Shown here: positions 1 to 8,823 of the stretch, one piece after another
Position numbering within the stretch: the stretch's first letter is position 1
Layout: each line of letters begins with the position of its first letter
Assembly: GCA_963818855.1 (NCBI GenBank)
Contig: CAWFUH010000002.1
Coordinates: forward strand, 298,471 to 362,470
Origin: Bryobacterales bacterium
Lineage (GTDB): Bacteria; Acidobacteriota; Terriglobia; Bryobacterales; Bryobacteraceae
Reading direction: 5' to 3'
DNA: 64,000 nucleotides
Program-made: the position numbers and the translations under genes
Notes under the pieces: model-generated
The model's input: only the letters and a program-made list of their open reading frames with translations
The model's database searches: none
Told to the model about the DNA's origin: nothing

Positions 1-7
1 AGAAGCT

Positions 8-1276
8 ATGTTTTGGAAAAAGACGTTTTTAGCCTTCCTATGTTCAGTGGCGCCGCTCTCTGCACAGGCCCAGCCGGGCATGGCCGATATGAACAGCGCG
101 GGCATGGCCCTGATGGGCCTGGCATCCGGCACCTCCGCCAATCCGGCTTCCTGGCCGATGCCCATGCTTATGCAGCCGTTCGGAAATTGGAACGCGATGT
201 TCATGGGGCTGGCCTTCGTCTCCGATATCCAGCAAACCGGACCGCGGGGCGGCGATAAGCTATATTCCACCAACTGGTTCATGGCATCCGCCGAACACCG
301 CGTCGGGGCGAAGGGCGCATTCGAAGCCGTGCTGATGCTCAGCCTGGAACCGGCCACCATCACGGACCGGCGCTATCCGCTGCTGTTCCAAACAGGCGAG
401 ACGGCCTACGGAGTGCCCCTCACAGACGCGCAGCATCCGCACAATTTCATCATGGCGCTGGGATTCCATTACGTATATCAACTCAGCGAAGGCACTGTCC
501 TCGATGCCTACGCCGCACCGGTCGGCGATCCCGCGCTCGGCCCCACGGCTTTTCCGCATCGCGCTTCCGCCGCCGAACTGCCGGAGGCGCCCATTTCGCA
601 TCATTGGCAGGACTCTACGCACATCGCCGACGAGGTAGTGACGCTGGGCGTTTCGCACAAGAAGATCAAGCTGGAGGCCAGCGGCTTCCATGGCGCCGAA
701 CCGGGCGAGAACCGCTGGATCATCCAGGCCGGTCCCATCGATTCGTGGTCCGCGCGATTATGGTTCTTTCCATCGGAGAATTGGGCGGCGCAGTTCTCGG
801 CCGGCAGGCTCACGCACCCCGAGGCGCTGGAGCCGGGCGATCAGGTACGCACCACCGCGTCGCTCGCGTACACCAAACCGCTGGCGCGGGGCGCCTGGTC
901 TTCGAGCCTGATCTGGGGGCGAAACCACTCGACCGCCACCTTCCGCAATCTGAACTCCTATCTGGCGGAATCCGTGTTGCCGGTCGGGCGGCGGAATTGG
1001 ATCACGGGCCGGTGGGAGCTGGTGGACAAAGACGAGCTGTTCAGTGCCCAGCCGGAGATCGCCCAGCAACTCGATGAGATGTATGGGAGCACCTTTCGGA
1101 TCGGAGCTTATACCATCGGCTACACGCGCGATATCGATCTGTTCCGCCACATCGAGACCGGCGTGGGCGCCAACTTCACCGCATACTCGCTGCCTGCTGC
1201 GATCAAGAGTTATTACGGCGATCATCCGGCAGGCGGCAACATTTTTGTTCGTTTCCGGTTGCGGCCCGCGCCGTAA
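8..1276 (+). CDS. Secreted, probably outer-membrane beta-barrel protein of unknown function with a Met-rich N-terminal segment
   Basis: 422-aa ORF with a signal peptide (MFWKKTFLAFLCSVAPLSAQA). Met-rich stretch MADMNSAGMALMG..MPMLMQPF. C-terminal alternating-hydrophobic strands end in FVRFRLRPAP. No family recognised. Confidence 0.6.
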   Translation: MFWKKTFLAFLCSVAPLSAQAQPGMADMNSAGMALMGLASGTSANPASWPMPMLMQPFGNWNAMFMGLAFVSDIQQTGPRGGDKLYSTNWFMASAEHRVGAKGAFEAVLMLSLEPATITDRRYPLLFQTGETAYGVPLTDAQHPHNFIMALGFHYVYQLSEGTVLDAYAAPVGDPALGPTAFPHRASAAELPEAPISHHWQDSTHIADEVVTLGVSHKKIKLEASGFHGAEPGENRWIIQAGPIDSWSARLWFFPSENWAAQFSAGRLTHPEALEPGDQVRTTASLAYTKPLARGAWSSSLIWGRNHSTATFRNLNSYLAESVLPVGRRNWITGRWELVDKDELFSAQPEIAQQLDEMYGSTFRIGAYTIGYTRDIDLFRHIETGVGANFTAYSLPAAIKSYYGDHPAGGNIFVRFRLRPAP

Positions 1277-1285
1277 TGCCTTCGT

Positions 1286-1330
1286 GGGGCAGGACTCCAG
1301 TCCTGCGGCCGGCGTCCAAGCCGGCCTCTT
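1286..1330 (-). repeat. REP-like double-hairpin element, divergent copy
   Basis: Two adjacent hairpins: GCAGGACT/AGTCCTGC (1289-1306) and GGCCGGC-gtccaa-GCCGGCC (1307-1326). Same architecture as the copies at 25826, 32417 and 36167. Lies just 3' of the minus-strand TPR gene. Confidence 0.6.
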
Positions 1331-1383
1331 TCGCACACTTGTACGCTGATTCGTTACGCGCAGTAGAATCAGGCCGCGTTGCG

Positions 1384-2985
1384 TCACATCTCTTCGAGCT
1401 TCAGCTTTATATCTGCTTTGGCCCAAGCGGCCTGGAATTCCCGCCCCACCCAAGCGGCATCGTCGTCTTTCCCCTGCGCTCGCAGCGACTCCATCAGTCC
1501 AAAGAGCATGCGGCCGTTCCGCGGCGACCGCTTTATGCCCTCTCGAAACGCGCTCTCGCCCTCCGCCGCCTTCCCGGCCCGCAGCAGGGCTGCACCCAAA
1601 GACTCCCGCACGGGATAATACCAGTCCGGTGGTTCGTCATAGTTGAAGGCGTCTTGGATGGCGACCGCGCGCTGCCAGTGCGGAATCGCGTCGGCCGGTG
1701 CGTCCGCCAGACGCGCGGCGACGATTTCAAGCGCCAGCGCCACCACGTCGGCTTCCTTGTTGTACCCGAACCTCGCATCCGCCGGAAGGCCGGAACGGAT
1801 GGCCTCCAGCGCCGCTTGCTCCTGGCGCGCCGCCGTCCGGTCGCCACGCGCAACGAAGGCCACCGCGCGCGCGTAACGCCAGATCGCCACGCTGGCGTGC
1901 ATGCTCGCTTTCGGCTGGGGCGCTTCCAAAATCCAGTCCCAATCCTGAAGGCGTACGCGCCCGAACATTGTAAACGACTCGAACGCGTCCGCCATGTCGG
2001 GCATGCTTTCCTCCATCGGCGCGATGGCGGCCACGATCTCGTCGTCGGCGCGCAGCCCGTCGGCCCGGCGGCCCTGCATCCAGCGCGCGTAAGCGATGAA
2101 AGTCAGGTTGTGGACATAATACGGAAAATAACCGCTATGCGTCACCTGGGTCCGGTCCAGGTACTCGCGGTCCACCGCCACGGCCCTTTCGTTCACCGCG
2201 GCGGCCATTTCATAATCGCCCACTACCAGCCAGATATGGCCCGGCATGTGCACCATGTGTCCGGCCCACGGCATGATGCCCATCAGCCGTTGCGCGCTGG
2301 GAATGGCTCGCTCCGGCGTGGGCGAGGATTCCACTGCGTGGATATACAGATGATTCGCGCCCGGATGATCCGGCCAGCGGCGCATCACTTCCTCCAGCGC
2401 ATGCTCGGCCTTTGCTACACCGGGCGCGGGTTTGCCGTCGATGGCATACCAATGCCAGCGGACCGGAATCATAAGGCTCTCGGCGTACAGTGTGAGCGCA
2501 TCCAGATCGTCGGGCCACCGCGCCGCCAGCGCGCGCATGGCATCCGTATAAGCCTGCGGCTGATACCGCGGGCAGCGGGCCGCCACGGCGCGCACATAAG
2601 CCTGTTCGTGCTCCGGCGCGCCGGTCACCTTTAATCCCGCTTCGGCTGCCGCGCAGGATGCTTTCATGTCGTAGTCGGCATCGCCATCCATGTTGACGTA
2701 CGGACCCTGCGCCATGGCCATCCCCCAGTAAGGCATGGCCGCCGCGGGATCCAGTTCCGACGCCTTGCGGAACGAGCGCAGCGCCTCGTAGCGGTTGAAG
2801 CCGTACATCAGCGCCAGGCCCTGATTGAAGAACTTCTGCGCTTCGGTGCTGCTGGTATGGATCGGGTGATGCCATACTCCCAATCCCGAATATAGGGCTA
2901 CCGGCTTCTCTTCGCTGGCAGCGTGGTTGTGTGGCTGGGCCATCGCCACGCCCATGGTCAAGATAAAGGCAATAATCGTGCGCAT
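1384..2985 (-). CDS. Secreted TPR repeat protein
   Basis: ORF 1384..3030. The likely start is the ATG at 2985 (MRTIIAFILTMGVAMAQ signal peptide, GGAGG 5 nt upstream). TPR-like helical repeats throughout. Confidence 0.7.
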   Translation of the reverse strand: MRTIIAFILTMGVAMAQPHNHAASEEKPVALYSGLGVWHHPIHTSSTEAQKFFNQGLALMYGFNRYEALRSFRKASELDPAAAMPYWGMAMAQGPYVNMDGDADYDMKASCAAAEAGLKVTGAPEHEQAYVRAVAARCPRYQPQAYTDAMRALAARWPDDLDALTLYAESLMIPVRWHWYAIDGKPAPGVAKAEHALEEVMRRWPDHPGANHLYIHAVESSPTPERAIPSAQRLMGIMPWAGHMVHMPGHIWLVVGDYEMAAAVNERAVAVDREYLDRTQVTHSGYFPYYVHNLTFIAYARWMQGRRADGLRADDEIVAAIAPMEESMPDMADAFESFTMFGRVRLQDWDWILEAPQPKASMHASVAIWRYARAVAFVARGDRTAARQEQAALEAIRSGLPADARFGYNKEADVVALALEIVAARLADAPADAIPHWQRAVAIQDAFNYDEPPDWYYPVRESLGAALLRAGKAAEGESAFREGIKRSPRNGRMLFGLMESLRAQGKDDDAAWVGREFQAAWAKADIKLKLEEM

Positions 2986-3336
2986 AATCCTCCCCGAATG
3001 ACATCCCGTCCGATGCCAGTTCCAAATCAAAGCAAGTGCTACCGTGAAAGCGGAGTGCCCCCACCACGCCGCGCCGGAATTGGCTTTTCCGTTTTAGTAA
3101 CCTTAAGTAAATAAACATCTTATTGGCTTCGTTCGTTCACAAAAAAGCGGCCAACCGCCGCACGGCCTCCGCACCGAAAGGACTCAATAGGATAGCAGCG
3201 TGCGCAGAAGTGGTCAGTGCGGAGCAAAGAAAACGGATCGCTAGTCAACCCTGAAGCGTTCTATCATTTGGAAGCGGCAGGAAAGGCAGCACCGGCCGCA
3301 GGCCTGGAACTGCTGAGAGCCTGCCCGACAAAAATC

Positions 3337-5775
3337 ATGCGATACGCTTTTCGAGTCCTCCTGAAAAATCCCGGCTTCACCCTGGCGGCGGCCATCACCC
3401 TCGCGCTGGGCATCGGCGCCAACACGGCGATCTTTTCGGTCCTGAACGCCATGCTGCTGCACGCTATGCCGTATCGCGATCCGCAGCACCTGGTGATGGT
3501 GTGGGATGCCAACCCGGCGCTCGACAACCTGGTGGCCGAGCGCGTGCAAACGTGCCTGCAAAACTTCGTCGAATGGCGCGACCAGAACCGCGTCTTCGAC
3601 GGCATCGCCTTTTTCCGCTACCTCAGCTTCGATATTACCGGTGGCGACAAGCCGGAGGAGGTCAATGCCGCGGGTATCTCGCCCGGCTTCTTCGACGTTT
3701 TGGGGGCGCAAGGCGTAGCCGGCCGCACGTTCGCCGCACAGGAATCCGAGCCGGGCCGAAATCGGGTGGTGATCCTGAGCCAGGGTATCTATCAGCGGCG
3801 CTTCGGCGGGAATCCGCGCATATTAGGGCAGTCGATCGTTCTGAACGGCGCCGGTTACACGGTCGTCGGCGTACTGCCGCGGGAATTTCACCTGCCCTCG
3901 CTGCGCGGCGGCATGGAGGAGTTCAAACCGGAAGTTTGGGTGCCGGCCGACGTCGATCCCAAACGCGCCGGTCCGGACCTGACGGCCCGCGGGCTCTACA
4001 CGTTCGCGCGGCTGAAGCCAGGCGTGTCGATTGCACGGGCGCGCGCGGATATGGCGGTGATCGCCCGGCGCCTGGAAGAGAAGTATCCGCGCCTGGACCG
4101 GACCTGGCGCTCCAGCGTCTTTCCGATATCCGCCGAAGACATGGGGCCGGAGATGCACCGCACCTTGCTGGTGCTCGAATGCGCGGTGGCTTTCGTGCTG
4201 TTGATTGCCTGCGCCAACGTGATTAACCTGCAACTCACCCGCGCCGCTGCGCGGGAGAAAGAGATGGCCGTCCGTGCGGCGCTGGGTGCCAACCGCTGGC
4301 GCATGGCGCGGCAGATGCTGGGTGAAAGCCTGCTGCTCAGCGCGCTCGGTGGCGGCGCCGGTATTCTGCTGGCGCATTGGGCGGTCGCCGGCATGGTGTC
4401 GCTGGCGCCCTCCGATCTGCACCACATACAGGATCTGCAGATCGATGGCGGCGTGTTGCTCTTTACCGTGTTGGTTACCATTCTGACCGGTGTGTTGTTC
4501 GGTCTCGCCCCTGCCATTCTGGCCGCGCGCCAGGATCCTAACGCGGCATTGCGCCGTGGAGGACGGGCGGGCGAAGGCGGAATCTCCGCGCGCATCCGGC
4601 GCGCACTGGTGGTAGCGGAAGTGGCGCTGTCGCTAGTGCTGCTGGCGGGCGCCGGCCTCATGATTCGCAGTTTGAGTTCGGTCTTGCGGATCAGCCCCGG
4701 CTTCCGCAGCGATCATTTGCTGACCATGCAAATCGATCTGCGCAGCGACCGCTATACCAAGCCGGAACAGGGCGCCGCCTTCGTGAAAGACCTGTTGGAG
4801 CGCGTGTCGAGGCTGCCGGGAATTCTTTCCGCGGCGGTGGTGAACGATCTGCCCATGGAACGCATCCAGATGGCGCCCTTGCACGTGGAAGGGCGACCCG
4901 TGCCGCCGCCGGGACAGGCCACCGTGGCCGATTACCGCGAAGTGACGGAGGGCTACGTTCCCACCATGGGCATGCGCCTGATCGCCGGGCGCAATTTCAC
5001 GCGCGCGGAAGCCGAGAGACAGAATCCCACCGAGGTCATCGTCAACGAAAGCCTGGCACGCAGGCTGTGGCCGAGGGGAGATCCGCTGCAGAAGGTTCTG
5101 GATTCCGGCTATGACCTCGGCGCCGGCCGGACCCCATGGCGGCGCGTGGTCGTCGGTGTGGTCGCCGACACACGGCAGCTCGGCCTCGATAGCCCGCCGC
5201 GTTCCGAGATGTTCATCCCGTCCCGCAGCCAGTTTCCCAGGCTGGCGCTGATCGTGCGCACCGCGGGCGATCCGCTGCGTATGGCATCCGCCGTTACCGC
5301 GCAGGTGTGGGGCATCGATAAAGATCAATCCGTGCACGATGTCCAGGGCATGGACCACGTGGTGGACGACACCATCTCGCAGCGGCGCTTCAACATGCTG
5401 CTGTTGGCTGTTTTCGCGGCCACCGCGCTGCTAATGGCGGCCGTGGGGATCTACGGCGTGCTGGCCTATGCGGTGAGCCGGCGCACGCAGGAGATCGGTA
5501 TCCGCATGGCTTTGGGCGCGCAGACCGGCGATGTGCTCCGGCTGGTGGGGCGCGAGGGCCTGGTGCTGGCGGCGGCCGGCATCGGCGTGGGGCTCGCGGG
5601 AGCCCTGGTATTGACCCGGCTCATGAGCAGCCTGCTATTCGGCGTCAGCCCTACTGACCCAATCACTTTCGCGGCCGTGCCCGCCATGCTCGCCGCAGTG
5701 GCACTGGCGGCCTGTTACCTGCCAGCACGACGAGCCGCGCGCGTGGATCCGACGGTCGCCTTAAAATACGATTAG
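3337..5775 (+). CDS. ADOP-family duplicated MacB/FtsX-like ABC permease (orphan, no adjacent ATPase)
   Basis: The N-terminus [35 protein letters not shown] is the typical family start. Two MacB_PCD/FtsX halves are present. ORF 3217..5775; the internal ATG at 3337 is preferred. Confidence 0.85.
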   Translation: MRYAFRVLLKNPGFTLAAAITLALGIGANTAIFSVLNAMLLHAMPYRDPQHLVMVWDANPALDNLVAERVQTCLQNFVEWRDQNRVFDGIAFFRYLSFDITGGDKPEEVNAAGISPGFFDVLGAQGVAGRTFAAQESEPGRNRVVILSQGIYQRRFGGNPRILGQSIVLNGAGYTVVGVLPREFHLPSLRGGMEEFKPEVWVPADVDPKRAGPDLTARGLYTFARLKPGVSIARARADMAVIARRLEEKYPRLDRTWRSSVFPISAEDMGPEMHRTLLVLECAVAFVLLIACANVINLQLTRAAAREKEMAVRAALGANRWRMARQMLGESLLLSALGGGAGILLAHWAVAGMVSLAPSDLHHIQDLQIDGGVLLFTVLVTILTGVLFGLAPAILAARQDPNAALRRGGRAGEGGISARIRRALVVAEVALSLVLLAGAGLMIRSLSSVLRISPGFRSDHLLTMQIDLRSDRYTKPEQGAAFVKDLLERVSRLPGILSAAVVNDLPMERIQMAPLHVEGRPVPPPGQATVADYREVTEGYVPTMGMRLIAGRNFTRAEAERQNPTEVIVNESLARRLWPRGDPLQKVLDSGYDLGAGRTPWRRVVVGVVADTRQLGLDSPPRSEMFIPSRSQFPRLALIVRTAGDPLRMASAVTAQVWGIDKDQSVHDVQGMDHVVDDTISQRRFNMLLLAVFAATALLMAAVGIYGVLAYAVSRRTQEIGIRMALGAQTGDVLRLVGREGLVLAAAGIGVGLAGALVLTRLMSSLLFGVSPTDPITFAAVPAMLAAVALAACYLPARRAARVDPTVALKYD

Positions 5776-5799
5776 CGCGTAGTTCTAGCTGTGGAATAT

Positions 5800-5829
5800 A
5801 CCACCTTCCGCCGGTGGTGATAGCTTTTT
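5800..5829 (+). terminator. Weak candidate intrinsic terminator after the ADOP permease gene
   Basis: Stem ACCACC/GGTGGT (5800-5818) with a 7-nt loop, then gatagcTTTTT. The short stem and the spacer before the T-run make it weak. Confidence 0.3.
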
Positions 5830-5835
5830 CAACGA

Positions 5836-6065
5836 GACTGTGGAAAAAGCTGTGAAAAGAAGCACTGGATTTGCGACAACTGCAATGTTCGTAAAGACTT
5901 CGTAACAAAGTGCACAGTGATACAGCACCGCTCTTTGCCGGTCTATAAGTTATAGATTCGCAGCTGGTTAGCTAACTCCGCAGGCAGCACCTCGATTTTG
6001 AAAATGCCAATACAGAGTCGAAATCGCCTGTCCACCGCAAATCCTCCTGCGAGGTTGTGAGTAAC
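5836..6065 (+). repeat. Non-coding module A, paralogous to 8824-9054
   Basis: Shares three collinear blocks with module B at the same offsets: GACTGTGGAAAARGCTGTGRAAA, GACTTCGTAAsAAA...ATACAGCA and TGTGAGTAAC. AT-richer than the flanking genes. Confidence 0.7.
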
Positions 6066-6101
6066 CTGCAGGGGAATGCCGTCTTAGGCGATAATCGGCT
6101 G

Positions 6102-6491
6102 ATGCATGTGCGCATCCTAGATTCCAGGCCCGGCGCTGGCGCGGTGGCGCGAGAGTGGGATTTCGACGCGGCCCGAATCACGCTGCGCGAGCTGATCCGC
6201 CAGCGAGTCTGCCGCGAGGTGGAGCAGTTCAATCGCGAACGGCCGGAGATTTTTGAAGGCTTGGTGCAGCCGGAAGAATCCGAGCAGATCCTGAACGGCT
6301 ATCGGGTGAAGTTCCATTACTTACGGGAACTCGATCCTGAACGGCAAGTCGAACGCGCCCTCCGGGCGTTCGAGCAACAAGGGTTCCTGGTGATCGCCGG
6401 CGGGTGCCAGGTTGAATCCATAGATGACGAAATCGATCTCGCCGCCGGTGAAGTCGAATTTATTAAGCTTGTGCCGCTTGTCGGAGGATAA
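6102..6491 (+). CDS. Small hypothetical protein ending in Gly-Gly; possible ubiquitin-like beta-grasp (ThiS/MoaD-like C-terminus)
   Basis: ORF 6057..6491 (GTG); the ATG at 6102 gives MHVRILD.... The C-terminus is ...FLVIAGGCQVESIDDEIDLAAGEVEFIKLVPLVGG-stop. No family recognised with certainty. Confidence 0.6.
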   Translation: MHVRILDSRPGAGAVAREWDFDAARITLRELIRQRVCREVEQFNRERPEIFEGLVQPEESEQILNGYRVKFHYLRELDPERQVERALRAFEQQGFLVIAGGCQVESIDDEIDLAAGEVEFIKLVPLVGG

Positions 6492-6514
6492 ATCGGAGGA
6501 TAAAGAGGATAAAT
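6481..6514 (+). repeat. Tandem 12-bp repeat TCGGAGGATAAA (two perfect units plus a degenerate third)
   Basis: Units at 6481-6492 and 6493-6504 are identical; 6505-6514 reads GAGGATAAAT. Unit 1 encodes the Gly-Gly-stop of the small gene. Unit 3 supplies a Shine-Dalgarno for the ATG at 6515. Confidence 0.9.
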
Positions 6515-6578
6515 ATGCCCGCGCCGCCTCGCAGCCTGCTGGAAGCTCTATTCCAGGCCGGCCTACGAAAACCCTCAA

Positions 6579-8795
6579 ATGAAGTCGCGGAAGAAGTCAA
6601 GAAACTCACGCCTCAACAACAGGTGGACTACGTCATGGAGGCGTTGCCGGCGCTTGTCAGATCGTACGAACCTTTCTGCCGCTAACGTCGTAGCTCCAAT
6701 CAGCGCCCTGCTGCGCCGGAAGTTGCCCTTCACATCCGATCAGATCCTCAGAATGGTTCAGCTCGGCGGAGATCCCAGCTACTATTTTCCTTTTCCTTCC
6801 GTGCTGCGCCTGGCGGAATCCGTTCCGATGACGCCGGAACTGGCAGAGGCGTTGCGCCGGATGCGCGGCGCCCGCGTGCTGGTGACCGGCCAGATGTCGG
6901 GCCATACGGCGATACAGGCTCGCATTGACGAGCTGCTCAATCCGAAGGATGCCGGCGCGCCCTTCGCGCCTGCGGGTGCCTGGAGCCGCCAGATCGCGGC
7001 GGAAGTGACGCCCGCCTGGCGCAGCGTCCTCGAAGCCGGCCGCGAAATCTCTGGGCGCGAACCTACCCGGAAGTGGCGGGAAGCGGCCGCGGCACGCGTC
7101 GCCGCAATCGGCCGCGAGCGGTTTCGCGAAACGTCCATGAAGTGGTTGGAGCTTGGCCCCAGTCCGGGTGAAGCCAATCAGCCGACCACCGTGCAGGAAT
7201 CCGATTATCAACGCGGCCTGCTGTGGTCGCTCATCGAAATATCGGACGCCGAGACGACGGCCGCCATAGCGCGTTTTGCGGAACAGTGCCTGCGCAAGAT
7301 TCCGGCGATCGGTCCGGTATCACAGCGCGCCGGCAATGCCTGCGTGGGTGTGCTGGCGGCCATGAGCGGCCCTGAGGCAGTGGCGCAACTCGCGCGCCTG
7401 GCGCTGCGGATTAAGTATCAGACCGCGCAACGCCTGGTACAGGAAGCGCTTGAAGAGGCGGCGAAAAGGCAGGGGCTGTCGCGGGAGGAACTTGAAGAAA
7501 TCACTGTGCCAACTTTCGGCCTGGACGGCAGCGGCAGCCGCGAAGAGCGCTGTGGCGAGCATGTTCTGGTACTCACCGCGCGCGGAGATGTTACATGCCG
7601 GGGCGCGGACGGCGCGAACCTGAAAGGCATGCCGGAAGTGGTAAAGCGAGATTTCGCCGCGGAATTAAAAGAGCTGAAGCAGGCAGCCAAAGAGATTGCT
7701 CCGCTGCGACAGGCGCATCGCGTGCGCCTGGAGCGCTTGCTGCTTACCGGACGAGCCATTCCTATCGAAACATGGCGCACGGCATATCTCGATCATCCGC
7801 TGATTGGCGGCATGGCGCGGCGCCTGATTTGGCAATTCTCCAATGGCACGACCGCCATCTGGCATAACGCCATGATGCGGGATTGGGGCGGAGTGGAAAT
7901 CGCGCCAACCGGTCCGGTGCGCCTTTGGCATCCTATCCATTCCGACGTGCAGACGGTGCTGAGCTGGCGCTGCTGGCTCGAGGATCGCCAGGTGCAGCAG
8001 CCGTTCAAGCAGGCGCATCGGGAGGTCTATCTCGTAACGGACGCCGAGCGCGCCGCCGGCAGCCAAAGCCAGCGCTTTGCGGGGCACATCCTGCGCCAGC
8101 ACCAGTTTGCCGCTCTGTGCGGCGAGCGCGGTTGGCACTTTCAATTGATGGGGCAGTGGGATTCACACAACACGCCCTATGTGGAGATCGCGCACGCCGG
8201 TTTACGCGCCGAGTATGAGGTGGATTTCCCTCGCGATGATGCGGTTACCGCGCACGCCATTTATATGTACCTGGAAACCCGCCAGGTGCGATTCCTCAAA
8301 GCGGGACTTCCTTGCCCCCTCGAATCTGTGCCGCCCGCGGTCTTCTCAGAAACCATGCGCGATGTGGACCTGTTTGTCAGCGTCACCAGCATCGGTAACG
8401 ATCCGGAATGGGGAATACGTCCAAATGCGCCGTTTCTCCAGTACTGGAACAAAATGTCATTCGGCGAGCTTTCGGCTTCCGGGGATCAACGCCGCCAGAT
8501 CGTCGCGGGGCTGCTCCCTAAGCTCGCCATTCGCGACCGGTGCCGGCTGGAGGATCGCCACCTTTTGGTGCGCGGCGACCTGGCTACTTACAAGATCCAC
8601 CTTGGGAGCGGCAGCGTGATGATCGAACCGGGCAGCCGCTATCTCTGCATCGTACGCAGCGGCGCCGCGAACGTATTCCTGCCCTTTGACGGCGACGCCA
8701 TGCTGTCGCTGATCCTGAGCAAGGCGTTTATGCTGGCAGCCGATATCAGGATCAAGGACATGAGCATCCTCCGCCAGATCCAGATTGCGACGTAA
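6579..8795 (+). CDS. DUF4132 (MolR-like) domain protein; 5' region frame-disrupted, with the probable original start at ATG 6515
   Basis: C-terminal half motifs as I recall for DUF4132: FKQAHREVYLVTDAER, RFAGHILRQHQFAAL, VFSETMRDVDLFVSVTSIGNDPEW, YKIHLGSGSVMIEPGSRYLCIV, FLPFDGDAMLSLILSKA. The first ~30 residues of the listed ORF look out of frame (Arg-rich). A 56-codon ORF from 6515 has a strong SD and a protein-like sequence, and stops at 6683-6685. Confidence 0.7.
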   Translation: MKSRKKSRNSRLNNRWTTSWRRCRRLSDRTNLSAANVVAPISALLRRKLPFTSDQILRMVQLGGDPSYYFPFPSVLRLAESVPMTPELAEALRRMRGARVLVTGQMSGHTAIQARIDELLNPKDAGAPFAPAGAWSRQIAAEVTPAWRSVLEAGREISGREPTRKWREAAAARVAAIGRERFRETSMKWLELGPSPGEANQPTTVQESDYQRGLLWSLIEISDAETTAAIARFAEQCLRKIPAIGPVSQRAGNACVGVLAAMSGPEAVAQLARLALRIKYQTAQRLVQEALEEAAKRQGLSREELEEITVPTFGLDGSGSREERCGEHVLVLTARGDVTCRGADGANLKGMPEVVKRDFAAELKELKQAAKEIAPLRQAHRVRLERLLLTGRAIPIETWRTAYLDHPLIGGMARRLIWQFSNGTTAIWHNAMMRDWGGVEIAPTGPVRLWHPIHSDVQTVLSWRCWLEDRQVQQPFKQAHREVYLVTDAERAAGSQSQRFAGHILRQHQFAALCGERGWHFQLMGQWDSHNTPYVEIAHAGLRAEYEVDFPRDDAVTAHAIYMYLETRQVRFLKAGLPCPLESVPPAVFSETMRDVDLFVSVTSIGNDPEWGIRPNAPFLQYWNKMSFGELSASGDQRRQIVAGLLPKLAIRDRCRLEDRHLLVRGDLATYKIHLGSGSVMIEPGSRYLCIVRSGAANVFLPFDGDAMLSLILSKAFMLAADIRIKDMSILRQIQIAT

Positions 8796-8823
8796 AGTCC
8801 GGGCGCACGGGGCACGCCAGGCG

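Noticed and set aside
6671-6688. Programmed +1 ribosomal frameshift in the DUF4132 gene
   Set aside because: No prfB-like slippery codon/stop context (CUU UGA C) exists at the site, and no internal SD is placed correctly upstream of it. A simple indel in the TTT run is more parsimonious.
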